Below are positions 37,552-46,224 of a stretch of DNA of 64,000 nt, piece after piece; position 1 is the first letter of the stretch, and every line of letters begins with the position of its first letter. The DNA is taken from positions 78,117 to 142,116 of IMG/VR virus record IMGVR_UViG_3300022671_000005, one strand, 5' to 3'. The translations under genes were made by a program, and so were the position numbers. The notes beneath the pieces were generated by a model. It saw only the letters and a list, made by a program, of their open reading frames with translations. It was not told where the DNA came from and made no database searches. The stretch is from a virus (Duplodnaviria > Caudoviricetes).

Positions 37552-39701
37552 ATGTCTGAGAATCAACAATTCTTGCACTCAACTTACAAAAAGAATAAGA
37601 TACAAAAAGATATCTATACAGATGCACTAATGATCTGCTCTAAAGACATAGAGACAGGTGAACCTAAATTCACAACACATGTGAATCCAAAACGTATAAT
37701 GTATACAGTAAAACCTATGCTTAGAAATGAATTTACTGTGATGAAGGAAGCTCACCACATGAGAGACCTTGAAGCTAGGTCTGTATACAATCATGAGTTA
37801 GAAAACCAACTTGCTAAAGCATTGGGTATGTATCACTATGGATATGTCAGACCTGAAAAAGTTTTGAATAGTCCATACAGTGCAGGTAACGATATATCCA
37901 TAGATGTACTATATAAACATGAGATGAATAGTAAGATACCTAGAACAGCAGACCGTTATACTGTAGGTGGATTTGACATTGAAACAGATGTTGTTAATGG
38001 TACCGATGCTATACTCTGTATTTCATATGTTAGTGACGACCATACTGTTTATTTATCTATACTCAAATCATTCCTTAAAGGGCAAGTTGATGTAGATAAA
38101 ATTAGAGAGTGTTGCATTGAAAAGGTTTCTAAATTCATAAGCACCCTTAATCCAAAAGCTAAATCTGTTATAGATAAATGCCCTATTAAGGATTACCACA
38201 TACAGATATGTGATACAGAAGTTGAGCAGATTAAATGGATATGGGGTAAGGTGCATGAGAAGAAAGACAATGCTCTAAGTATCTGGAATATGGTCTTCGA
38301 TATGGGCAAAATTATCGATAGGTTAGAATTCTATGGGGTTAACCCAGAAAGTGTCATGTGTCACCCTGAAGCACCTAATGAATTTAGAGTTTGTAATTTG
38401 CAGGAAGATACAACTCCCATTGAGAAACTTGGGCACATAACTTATAGATGGGATGTTATGCATTTATCTGGTTATACACAACCTATAGACAGCATGTGTT
38501 TGTATAGTAGACTAAGACGTGTTGAAGGATTGAAGAGTAGTCGTGCTTTAGGTAGTGTGGCTGCAGAAACTATAGGTTCAACCAAGATGGATTTTGGTGA
38601 TGATGGTCATTATCAGATGCAATCAGAAAGACCAGTTGAATATTGTGCATACAACGTTATTGATAGTTTAATATTACCTATACATGACAAAGTGACTAAT
38701 GATGTTGGAAGTATGTTTCTACTAACTGAAAATAGTGTCATCCCATCATTTGCAAAACAGACTGTTCAACTATCAGATGCGTTTTTCAAATATCTTAAAG
38801 ATAGAGATATGGTTCCTGGTTCATGTAAAGGAAATATAAGTCTTGTATTAGATAAAGAGACTGGGGAGATAAAACCTTGGTCAACTTGGTTATCTAAATA
38901 TGGCAAGAGTATCAAAATAAGTCCTACCTACAGAATAAGTGAAATACAGCAGAGAATCTATGATGGGTTAATGATTAACCTTGATGATATAATAAAAAAT
39001 ACTGGTGGTGGTGTACTTAATCCACTACTGACAGATAGAACAGGTGTGGCTCTATTGGAAGAGTCGGACAATGAAGTAAGTGCAGCTATGGCTGTTTCAG
39101 ATTTGGATGTTGCGTCAACATACTCAGGCGCCTTACATTAGTAATAATGTAATGATAACCCTTTGAATTGCTGGAAATCCCTAAAGAACCTATGCCACAT
39201 ATATCACGAAAGTAGATATAGATGGAGTTGAAAGACAGAAAAAAGTTAGGTTATGAACTATGCCAAAAGCTAAGGTTTGAGACTTGTCTTAATTGATAAG
39301 TTAAAATGGGTAATCAGCAGGCAAGTTCCTAAGTTCAATACGAATATGGAAAAGCTCCAACGATCAACCTTTGACAAGGTGTACTGGAACTTACTGTTCT
39401 GGGAAGCGGAGGGCATCCTAATATAGGATGATGATATGATCTACAACAAGCTGAGTATCCAAATGTTACTATAAAAATCAATTGTAGTAAAGAAACAAAG
39501 CTATCAACAGCATTATCAATACAGGGTCTAAAAACGAGTGCCATAACTGATTTCTTCAGTCATTATAGTGCTACATATGAAAATGCAGTATATCTGTGTA
39601 ATAAATATTTTGGACTCCCAAACTATGAAGAAATGGCAAGATTAGCAACTGAAAAAGTTAAAGGGTTTAATGCTAATAAACTATTTACTCCATCGAGATA
39701 A
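37552..39701 (+). CDS. Family-B DNA polymerase, exonuclease + motif-A subunit (phiKZ gp82-like); spliced join(37552..39115,39451..39701), 604 aa
   Basis: ExoI FDIET, ExoII WNMVFD, ExoIII YNVID; splicing yields DLDVASEYPNV...NCSKET...FGLP in frame (1815 nt). Start at ATG 37552 with SD ggag. Confidence 0.85.
39116..39450 (+). ncRNA. Group I self-splicing intron (IA-like, no ORF, 335 nt)
   Basis: P1 exon GCGU with IGS GCGC including the U-G pair; P10 AUACUCAG/CUGAGUAU; P2 with GUAA tetraloop; P3 CCCUUUG/CGGAGGG; P element AAUUGCUGGAAA and Q element AAUCAGCAGG; P7 GAUCA/UGAUC; P7.1, P7.2 and P8 hairpins; terminal G. Confidence 0.9.
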
Positions 39702-39705
39702 TAAG

Positions 39706-39724
39706 TATATATTACCTATGTGAA
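39706..39724 (+). promoter_or_regulatory. Early-type promoter
   Basis: tatatattac-ctatg-tgaa, just after the spliced polymerase stop. Confidence 0.65.
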
Positions 39725-39746
39725 AAACAATAACAAAAGGTACTAT

Positions 39747-40115
39747 ATGATAAATTATTTTAAACAGAGTAGTAGACAAAGTAGTCAAACTATCTTAGAC
39801 AAAATACTTGTTAATCACCCACCTTGGGCACTACCATCTTATGTGGTAGATACTGGTGAAAACAATCAATTACTGTACTTCTGTCAGAACCTACAAGCGG
39901 TTAGCTGGATACTCAATAAATTGGGTAATGGGGAAGACAGAGCTCCAGATAAATTGTATGTTAATCCATTCAATCATCGTCTACCATATGTAGATGAATC
40001 TAATTTGGAAGAGTTGTTTTACTTGTTCATTAAAGCGGACGAAGAACATTCTAACTGGGTTGTTGTATTTGAATACACTAACCTAGGACCAGAGTATGAG
40101 ATTTTATCTATGTAA
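39747..40115 (+). CDS. Hypothetical early protein
   Basis: Start moved to ATG 39747 (SD aagg) because the track start lies inside the promoter motif. Confidence 0.6.
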   Translation: MINYFKQSSRQSSQTILDKILVNHPPWALPSYVVDTGENNQLLYFCQNLQAVSWILNKLGNGEDRAPDKLYVNPFNHRLPYVDESNLEELFYLFIKADEEHSNWVVVFEYTNLGPEYEILSM

Positions 40116-40172
40116 TAAAAGTAACAATAGATTAGCCCTACTAAGGTGGGTTTATTATATAAAAAATAAAAG

Positions 40173-40475
40173 GTGTCCAAAATGGTACACAAAGATCCCA
40201 AACTTGATCACATGATCAATGAAGTTAAGGATGATTGGGAAGAAGTGAAACATGAAGTCGAAACCAAATTAAAACTTGGTAGACTAGAGATGGACCACTT
40301 GAAGTTAATTGACACAGTTGAAGAATCTATGATTCATATAACCAACCGATCTCCTAATTCTAAAGATCAGTTGAAGACAGTCTGTGATGAAGCAGAGAGT
40401 CTTCGCTCTAAGGTTAGAAGAAAATTAATGAGAGAAAGAACAACTGAAATACCGTACCCTTGTATAGTTAGTTGA
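40173..40475 (+). CDS. Hypothetical helical protein
   Basis: About 100-aa ORF. Confidence 0.6.
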   Translation: MSKMVHKDPKLDHMINEVKDDWEEVKHEVETKLKLGRLEMDHLKLIDTVEESMIHITNRSPNSKDQLKTVCDEAESLRSKVRRKLMRERTTEIPYPCIVS

Positions 40476-40484
40476 TTCAAAAAC

Positions 40485-40521
40485 CAACACACTACATCCT
40501 CATCGAGGATGTAGTGTGTTG
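40485..40521. terminator. Long hairpin, 17-bp arms
   Basis: caacacactacatcctc-atc-gaggatgtagtgtgttg. Confidence 0.65.
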
Positions 40522-40553
40522 TCATTTTATAGATAAACGTTAATTATTTTATT

Positions 40554-41012
40554 TTGGAGGAACCTATGACTTGGGTTAAAAAGATTTTAATCCCAACAAG
40601 CATTGCAGTATTCATTGCTGTCTCTAGTTGGGTTGGAAAAACATTAATACAGTCCATGAACGACATGGCATCGATGACATCTAATGTTGAACAATGCACT
40701 AAATCTATAGACAAACTTTCAGAAAGGTGTGACAAACTATCCACTAAATGTGAAGTATTACAAAACACATTAACTGAACTAAAAGTAAGACTTGAAGTTA
40801 CTAAATTAGAGTCTATGGAAAGTACTTTGGGTATGCTAGAAAGAGTTGAAGAACTTAGATATAAAGGTCCTGTGATACCCTCATCTAGTGGTGGTGATAA
40901 TTCTGATTATCCGGCTTTATATCCCAGCCCTACTGGGGCAGATTTGAATCCAAAAAAATTAAATAATGAAATTATAGAACAAAAGAAATTAATTAAATCT
41001 ATTAAACCTTAA
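40554..41012 (+). CDS. N-terminally membrane-anchored coiled-coil protein (likely start ATG 40566)
   Basis: ILIPTSIAVFIAVSSWVG followed by heptads; SD ggagg. Confidence 0.6.
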   Translation: MEEPMTWVKKILIPTSIAVFIAVSSWVGKTLIQSMNDMASMTSNVEQCTKSIDKLSERCDKLSTKCEVLQNTLTELKVRLEVTKLESMESTLGMLERVEELRYKGPVIPSSSGGDNSDYPALYPSPTGADLNPKKLNNEIIEQKKLIKSIKP

Positions 41013-41030
41013 TAGTTTTTAATATAAGCA

Positions 41031-41066
41031 TATATCATCTAGCACCCTAGGGTGCTAGATGATATA
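41031..41066. terminator. 36-bp perfect palindrome centred on CCCTAGGG between convergent genes
   Basis: tatatcatctagcaccct|agggtgctagatgatata. Confidence 0.7.
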
Positions 41067-41079
41067 GAGTCTTATATCT

Positions 41080-41325
41080 TTACCATTTACCTATTGGACA
41101 CGACATAGCTTCTAAGAATGCTTTAACTTTCAATATACAGCCACATTCTGTACAAATACCATTTTCATACTTGTCACATTCTTTACAGATATCAATTCGT
41201 TCATCTCTAGTTGCAATCGGTACCAGAATATTCTTTTTATGAATTATCTTACCTTTAACAACTTTGTAAGCTGCTTGGGAAACAGACTTAGCACAACAAG
41301 CTAAAGATGGTTTCTTTCTGACCAT
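41080..41325 (-). CDS. DUF6171-like Cys-rich protein
   Basis: RIDICKEC...CTECGC...K...CPIGKW. Confidence 0.65.
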   Translation of the reverse strand: MVRKKPSLACCAKSVSQAAYKVVKGKIIHKKNILVPIATRDERIDICKECDKYENGICTECGCILKVKAFLEAMSCPIGKW

Positions 41326-41331
41326 TGTAGT

Positions 41332-41919
41332 TTAGAATCGCTTAACAAAAAGCCTTGAATAGTATTCTTCTCCAACAGCCGCATTGTTAATTGGCTTCCC
41401 AGTTCTGAAATCTACATTTGGAAAACATTCAAACTGAACATCTTTAGTATCATCTAATGTTAATGGTACAACAACACTTATACCATTCCCATTTTCATGC
41501 CCGTTAGCATAGTAGTCAATAGCAGCAGATGGGTTTATGTTAGGTAAACGTTCTATCAATGTCCCATCTGTAACATTCCAAAATCTTAATGCTCCCCAAG
41601 AAAAGATGGGTTGTCCTTCTGGTCTGAAATTTACATGTAGGTGAAATTCATAATAACCAGCTTCAAAAGTAAATACATTTGCATTTAAACTTGAACCATT
41701 TATATTGTTCACACCTACAGTATCTGTAAATGGAATAATTCTCCAATCCCCAGACGTTAATAAAACACCGTCTGTGCCTTGAGCATATTTCTCAACAACT
41801 GTCCAACTACTAGAACCAGACACTAACTCCAGTTCTTTTTTGGACAACAATGAATCTTCACCTATATCTGTCATATTCCTAGAAACACCTTTCAGTCTAG
41901 GATCAATTATTTTTGTCAT
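41332..41919 (-). CDS. Tail-fibre tip-like (C1q/jelly-roll-like) protein
   Basis: FTFEAGYYEF beta pattern; N-terminus resembles that of 46225-49419 (K-I-x-D...LD/TD-I...LS). Confidence 0.5.
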   Translation of the reverse strand: MTKIIDPRLKGVSRNMTDIGEDSLLSKKELELVSGSSSWTVVEKYAQGTDGVLLTSGDWRIIPFTDTVGVNNINGSSLNANVFTFEAGYYEFHLHVNFRPEGQPIFSWGALRFWNVTDGTLIERLPNINPSAAIDYYANGHENGNGISVVVPLTLDDTKDVQFECFPNVDFRTGKPINNAAVGEEYYSRLFVKRF

Positions 41920-41984
41920 AATTAAATAACTCCGTTTGTGGTTGTAAATTAAGTCTATATAATGGTTTGTAAAATAAGATATTA

Positions 41985-42020
41985 AGTAACAGATGTAACC
42001 CTAGGGTTACATCTGTTACT
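41985..42020. terminator. 36-bp perfect palindrome centred on CCCTAGGG
   Basis: agtaacagatgtaaccct|agggttacatctgttact. Confidence 0.7.
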
Positions 42021-42028
42021 ATTTAAAA

Positions 42029-42802
42029 TTATATTTCTGTGAACCACGTTGGTCCATCTTTCAATTCATCATTAATGATGGTTACACCATCAATAGCTAA
42101 CATTACATTTGTTACAATAGCTTCAGTAACTCCTGTAAGTATTTTTGGTAAATCGAGTTGTAGTATATCCTCTAAAGGATTTGTAGTGTAAGCAACGATA
42201 TCAATATCGTTTATCATGTAATAAGTCTTTACACCACTACCTCTATCTTCACGAATTATTGTTAATGTAAACCAGTCATTACCTTGAATTAATCCAGAAG
42301 CGCAAGTAGTTGGCGAAACACCGGAAGCAATTGGATCTATAGTTACAGAACCATCTGGGTGATGGATCACATGATTGGTACCATTGAGCGATACTAAAGA
42401 TATGTCACTATCAGAGTAATCACCACCATCTCCAGGATCCGGATGTATAATCTCTTTATTTAGCTTATAAGAAATATTGAAGATGTAGTTGTCAGTTATT
42501 GAGGGTATGACGTCATCAAACCTATATGTGGTAGTTGAATTAACCAACATTCCAAAATCGTCAATATCTATTTCTACAATCCTTTCAACATCATCATAAG
42601 TAGTATGAGTTGCTCTTACATGAACACGTTTTGTACCAGGAGGTATATAATCATAACCTGCTCTTAGTTCATTATTGATAATTAAGAAAAGGTGATCATG
42701 ATCACCATCTCCTGTCAATTCAAAAGTCCAACCATGGTTATGATTCTCACCACCATTAGTACTAAGTATATACAGTATGGTTTCAGGAGTGGTATCAATC
42801 AC
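42029..42802 (-). CDS. Acidic beta-rich protein with a cadherin/Ig-like N-terminal segment
   Basis: TFELTGDGDHDHLFLI...L...DY...VHVRAT cadherin-like pattern. Confidence 0.45.
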   Translation of the reverse strand: MIDTTPETILYILSTNGGENHNHGWTFELTGDGDHDHLFLIINNELRAGYDYIPPGTKRVHVRATHTTYDDVERIVEIDIDDFGMLVNSTTTYRFDDVIPSITDNYIFNISYKLNKEIIHPDPGDGGDYSDSDISLVSLNGTNHVIHHPDGSVTIDPIASGVSPTTCASGLIQGNDWFTLTIIREDRGSGVKTYYMINDIDIVAYTTNPLEDILQLDLPKILTGVTEAIVTNVMLAIDGVTIINDELKDGPTWFTEI

Positions 42803-42817
42803 AATATAACCTCAGAG

Positions 42818-43303
42818 TTAAGAAGGTGCATATACAAACGGTAAGAATGTACAGTAACCTGTTTTACCACTATTACTTGAGTATTGGATTTCTACAACCT
42901 CTCCAGGAAGAACATTAAGTGGAAACGCATCAGCTTCTACACCTGTTCCAAAATCTGTAGTGAGGTTTGCTCCACCATCAACTCGAACAGATACAGGTTC
43001 ACCATCTATCCATACTCTAAGTATGCCACCTTCAGTAGCTGTGAATATAGTCTGCCAAGTATTATTAGCAGGTATACTAATTTCATTATAATTAGCAGCA
43101 AGATACCTAGAAATCATACGTTCAGGTATACTGTAATTGGTCTTACCTTGTGGATCAGGATTGTTGTATATAAAAGGAGATATACCATTCAAGTCTGGAG
43201 ATGTATCATTGGCACTACCAGACAATTGCTCTATCCTTTCGTATACTACACCATCTTCAAGTATAAACTGACCATAATCATTGACATAAAAAAGATCTGG
43301 CAT
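42818..43303 (-). CDS. Appendage paralog 4 of a four-member family
   Basis: MPDLF...G...DGVVYER, GILRVW, V.PGEVV and PFVY. Confidence 0.7.
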   Translation of the reverse strand: MPDLFYVNDYGQFILEDGVVYERIEQLSGSANDTSPDLNGISPFIYNNPDPQGKTNYSIPERMISRYLAANYNEISIPANNTWQTIFTATEGGILRVWIDGEPVSVRVDGGANLTTDFGTGVEADAFPLNVLPGEVVEIQYSSNSGKTGYCTFLPFVYAPS

Positions 43304-43314
43304 TTAAAACCTCC

Positions 43315-43800
43315 TTATGCCCCATGAACAAATGGATAAATGATTCCACTAACTGTTTCTAATTCATCAGGAAACGCAGAGACAACATCACCTGCTGCAA
43401 CGTTGATACCAACTGCACCATTTTGACCAACTTGTTCTACGTTTAAGAATTCAACCTGTATACCATTAACATGAACTGGTACGTTGTATTCATGGGAGCT
43501 TTTCCACAATCTCAATACACCAGATACTGGAACAGGGTTGGATATATCTATCTCAGTCTTATCTCCAGGATTAGTCACAGGAGTTAATTTGTAAAAATAA
43601 TCAGCAACTCCATGTCTTTGAGCACTATATGAACTAACTGATTGTTCATCTGCATATGTGTATGTAAAACCAGTGGCATATCCAGTTGATGGGACTACGT
43701 TATCAGGAGCATGTGGCACACCTGTGGCCACACGTTCATACGCAATACCTCCAACTATTATCACTGGCCCATAATCTGTTACAGAATATAGATCGGCCAT
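43315..43800 (-). CDS. Appendage paralog 3
   Basis: MADLY...GGIAYER, GVLRLW, VNG, VAAGDVV and PFVH. Confidence 0.7.
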   Translation of the reverse strand: MADLYSVTDYGPVIIVGGIAYERVATGVPHAPDNVVPSTGYATGFTYTYADEQSVSSYSAQRHGVADYFYKLTPVTNPGDKTEIDISNPVPVSGVLRLWKSSHEYNVPVHVNGIQVEFLNVEQVGQNGAVGINVAAGDVVSAFPDELETVSGIIYPFVHGA

Positions 43801-43811
43801 AAAGGTATCTC

Positions 43812-44534
43812 CTAAATGATATACGTATCAACAGTATCGGGTTGTCCAATATAAGTTGATTTAATATCTTGGTATAATGTTAAGGCTTGTTCGACAAGAG
43901 GTGACTCATATTCATCAAGGGCAGAAGTATCTTGTACTATTTGCTTGGGAATTTCCAAAGCTTTAGAAAAATCACCGCTTCCTAGAAAATCCTGCATCCT
44001 AGCAAGTTCAGTTGTAGGGTCTGCACAAATTTGATCATAGTCGAACATAGTGTAGTTTATTTTTTCATTTTCAATAAGCTTCTTAAGAATACTCATATAC
44101 TTTATATAGTCTTCAAAGAATAAATCATAAGGATCTAATTCCGTTTCGTTAATGTTATCAAAGAAATCAGATAATTCTTTTTGAGACACTACAGTAGATT
44201 TAGGATTTCTGATAATGACGATACATCTATCTATCAGACTCATATCACTACCAATAGTGTTTCTAATCATAAGTTTGAAGAAATTAAAACCTTTTACCAA
44301 TCCACTAGGCATTTTAGTAATACCACTAAAGGTTTCTTTACATTCAAAGTAACCTAATTTATTGAAGGACTTAAATTTCTCAAGTTGATCTTCTGTTGCA
44401 TCTTTCAAAATACCAGACCAACCATTGAAACCTTTAAGTATTTTTTTCTCACCAAATACTGTCTCCAATATATACATAGTCATGCTGGAACCAGATCTAG
44501 GTTCAGATAATACTGCTACAAGTTTATTTGACAT
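43812..44534 (-). CDS. PAPS-dependent sulfotransferase-family protein
   Basis: 5'-PSB loop PRSGSSMTM, NxxGYFE, 3'-PB motif IIRNPKSTVVS and YDQICADP...DFLG. Confidence 0.8.
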   Translation of the reverse strand: MSNKLVAVLSEPRSGSSMTMYILETVFGEKKILKGFNGWSGILKDATEDQLEKFKSFNKLGYFECKETFSGITKMPSGLVKGFNFFKLMIRNTIGSDMSLIDRCIVIIRNPKSTVVSQKELSDFFDNINETELDPYDLFFEDYIKYMSILKKLIENEKINYTMFDYDQICADPTTELARMQDFLGSGDFSKALEIPKQIVQDTSALDEYESPLVEQALTLYQDIKSTYIGQPDTVDTYII

Positions 44535-44552
44535 TATTTAATCCTTTCAAGT

Positions 44553-45065
44553 TTATGGTGAACCAGTATATTCAAATGGGAAAATTCTAACATATACTTG
44601 TTTAAAGGTAGTATATGTTTCATTATTATACACTTGAACAAAATCGCCTACATTAACGTTAGCTGCTCTAGCATATGAATAACCTGGACCAGATGGTGTT
44701 CCATAATTTATACCATTAACATATAATCTGAGATTGTTGTGGGTTGCATAATAGGTTTCCCACATCCTTATAACACCTGCAACAGGACAATTGTAGTTGA
44801 ATACTGTTTGGTATGATTTACCTCCAACATCTGCGACAGCAAAGGTATACTCATTTATAGCTACAGCAGCTCTCTCTGCAGGCATCACAGTGTCACCTTG
44901 AGCATCTGCTAAATCAAAAGTAACATCATTTATATTAGTAGTATCTCCAGGACTAATAGTGCCAACAGGAACATGTTGAACAGGTGTTAGTGATACTCTC
45001 TTGTACACTATACCGTCAACTATTATAGCTGCTCCCTGGTTAGCCGGAAAGTATAAATCTGGCAT
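44553..45065 (-). CDS. Appendage paralog 2
   Basis: MPDLY...DGIVYKR, GVIRMW, VNG, VGDFV and PFEY. Confidence 0.7.
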   Translation of the reverse strand: MPDLYFPANQGAAIIVDGIVYKRVSLTPVQHVPVGTISPGDTTNINDVTFDLADAQGDTVMPAERAAVAINEYTFAVADVGGKSYQTVFNYNCPVAGVIRMWETYYATHNNLRLYVNGINYGTPSGPGYSYARAANVNVGDFVQVYNNETYTTFKQVYVRIFPFEYTGSP

Positions 45066-45091
45066 ATTTTTTATTCCTTATTAAGTTGTTA

Positions 45092-45604
45092 TTAATCATT
45101 TCCGTCGTAAGTATAGGGGTAGGTTCTACTGAAGAACTCTCTTGTGGTATATAGTTCATTATTGTAAAATTCGACAGTATCTCCTGCGACAACAGCTACT
45201 CCTATCGCATTTGAAAATCCACTACCTGGACAACTTCCACGATAAATACCATTTACAAACACTTGTTGTTGAGTGGCTCCAGTGAATGAAAAGTCTCCCC
45301 ACATTCTTAATATTCCAGTTATAGGGAAATTTTCAAACCAAGGGGTTGACCAAGACTTTCCATTTACAAGATATGATGCATTAGAGTGAAATACTTCACC
45401 AGCAAGCATTCTGGCTGCACTATAAACAGTGTGTCCATTATCATCAGCATGGTCCCAAGTATATTCATACCTAGCTATAAGGTCTGCGGAATCTACAGTG
45501 TCTGCCACTCCAGATCCTCCAGGGGTAGAAGACACTCTTTCATAGATAATGCCATTTTTAAAAATAGCTTCACCTAGATTATTTATAAAATTTAAATCAC
45601 CCAT
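45092..45604 (-). CDS. Appendage paralog 1
   Basis: MGDLN...NGIIYER, GILRMW, VNG, AGDTV and PYTY. Confidence 0.7.
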   Translation of the reverse strand: MGDLNFINNLGEAIFKNGIIYERVSSTPGGSGVADTVDSADLIARYEYTWDHADDNGHTVYSAARMLAGEVFHSNASYLVNGKSWSTPWFENFPITGILRMWGDFSFTGATQQQVFVNGIYRGSCPGSGFSNAIGVAVVAGDTVEFYNNELYTTREFFSRTYPYTYDGND

Positions 45605-45616
45605 TAGTATCTCCTA

Positions 45617-46171
45617 TTATGGTAAACCTTCAGTAAACACTGAAATATTGTATTCATACAGTGCAACTGCTGGTAGGAAGTCAAAATTGAAATCAGGTGT
45701 GTATTGATAAGTATCTGGCGGGTAAGAGAATGAGAAGTCTGGAGTATATTGATAAGTAAACGGTGTTTCGTCAAACACTACTGGAGTATACTGTGCACAA
45801 TTAGGAGTTACATTGAAAACTATAGGTTCACTGTATTGTGCAGTATTAGGTGTATTGGAAAAAGAGATTGGACTATATTGATTAGTGTCAGGTAAGTTAC
45901 TAACATTAACCGGAGAGTATCTCCAGACTTGATACCCATTACTCCAGCCAACAAATGGCACATATCTCCAAACATCTGTGACAACAGAACCAAGAAGTAA
46001 AGATTCTATTTGATCCATTTTGTCAGCTTCTATGGTGTTAAAGTTGCCAACCTCAGACTCCCTTAAGGGACCCCATATAAAATCATTGGCTTGGTTTTTC
46101 ATGAGTAAATTCCATTGGATTGGTTGTAAATTATTACCTATACAATAGGAGTTTTTATTATATATGACCAT
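45617..46171 (-). CDS. Protein with tandem P-x-x-x-Q-Y-(S/T)-P repeats
   Basis: Five 14-15-aa repeats at about 45677-45895. Confidence 0.65.
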   Translation of the reverse strand: MVIYNKNSYCIGNNLQPIQWNLLMKNQANDFIWGPLRESEVGNFNTIEADKMDQIESLLLGSVVTDVWRYVPFVGWSNGYQVWRYSPVNVSNLPDTNQYSPISFSNTPNTAQYSEPIVFNVTPNCAQYTPVVFDETPFTYQYTPDFSFSYPPDTYQYTPDFNFDFLPAVALYEYNISVFTEGLP

Positions 46172-46184
46172 TGTGGTGAAACAA

Positions 46185-46216
46185 GTAACGTCATGGGTTT
46201 TTACCCATGACGTTAC
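46185..46216. terminator. Long hairpin, 14-bp arms
   Basis: gtaacgtcatgggt-tttt-acccatgacgttac. Confidence 0.6.
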
Positions 46217-46224
46217 ATATTAAT

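Noticed and set aside
37453-39141. ORF-track polymerase boundaries (562 aa)
   Set aside because: The start lies inside a hairpin (better SD at 37552) and the stop lies inside the intron.
42818-45604. DGR or invertase shufflon behind the paralog array
   Set aside because: No near-identical nucleotide repeats, reverse transcriptase or recombinase seen in the window; all copies are co-oriented with their own starts.
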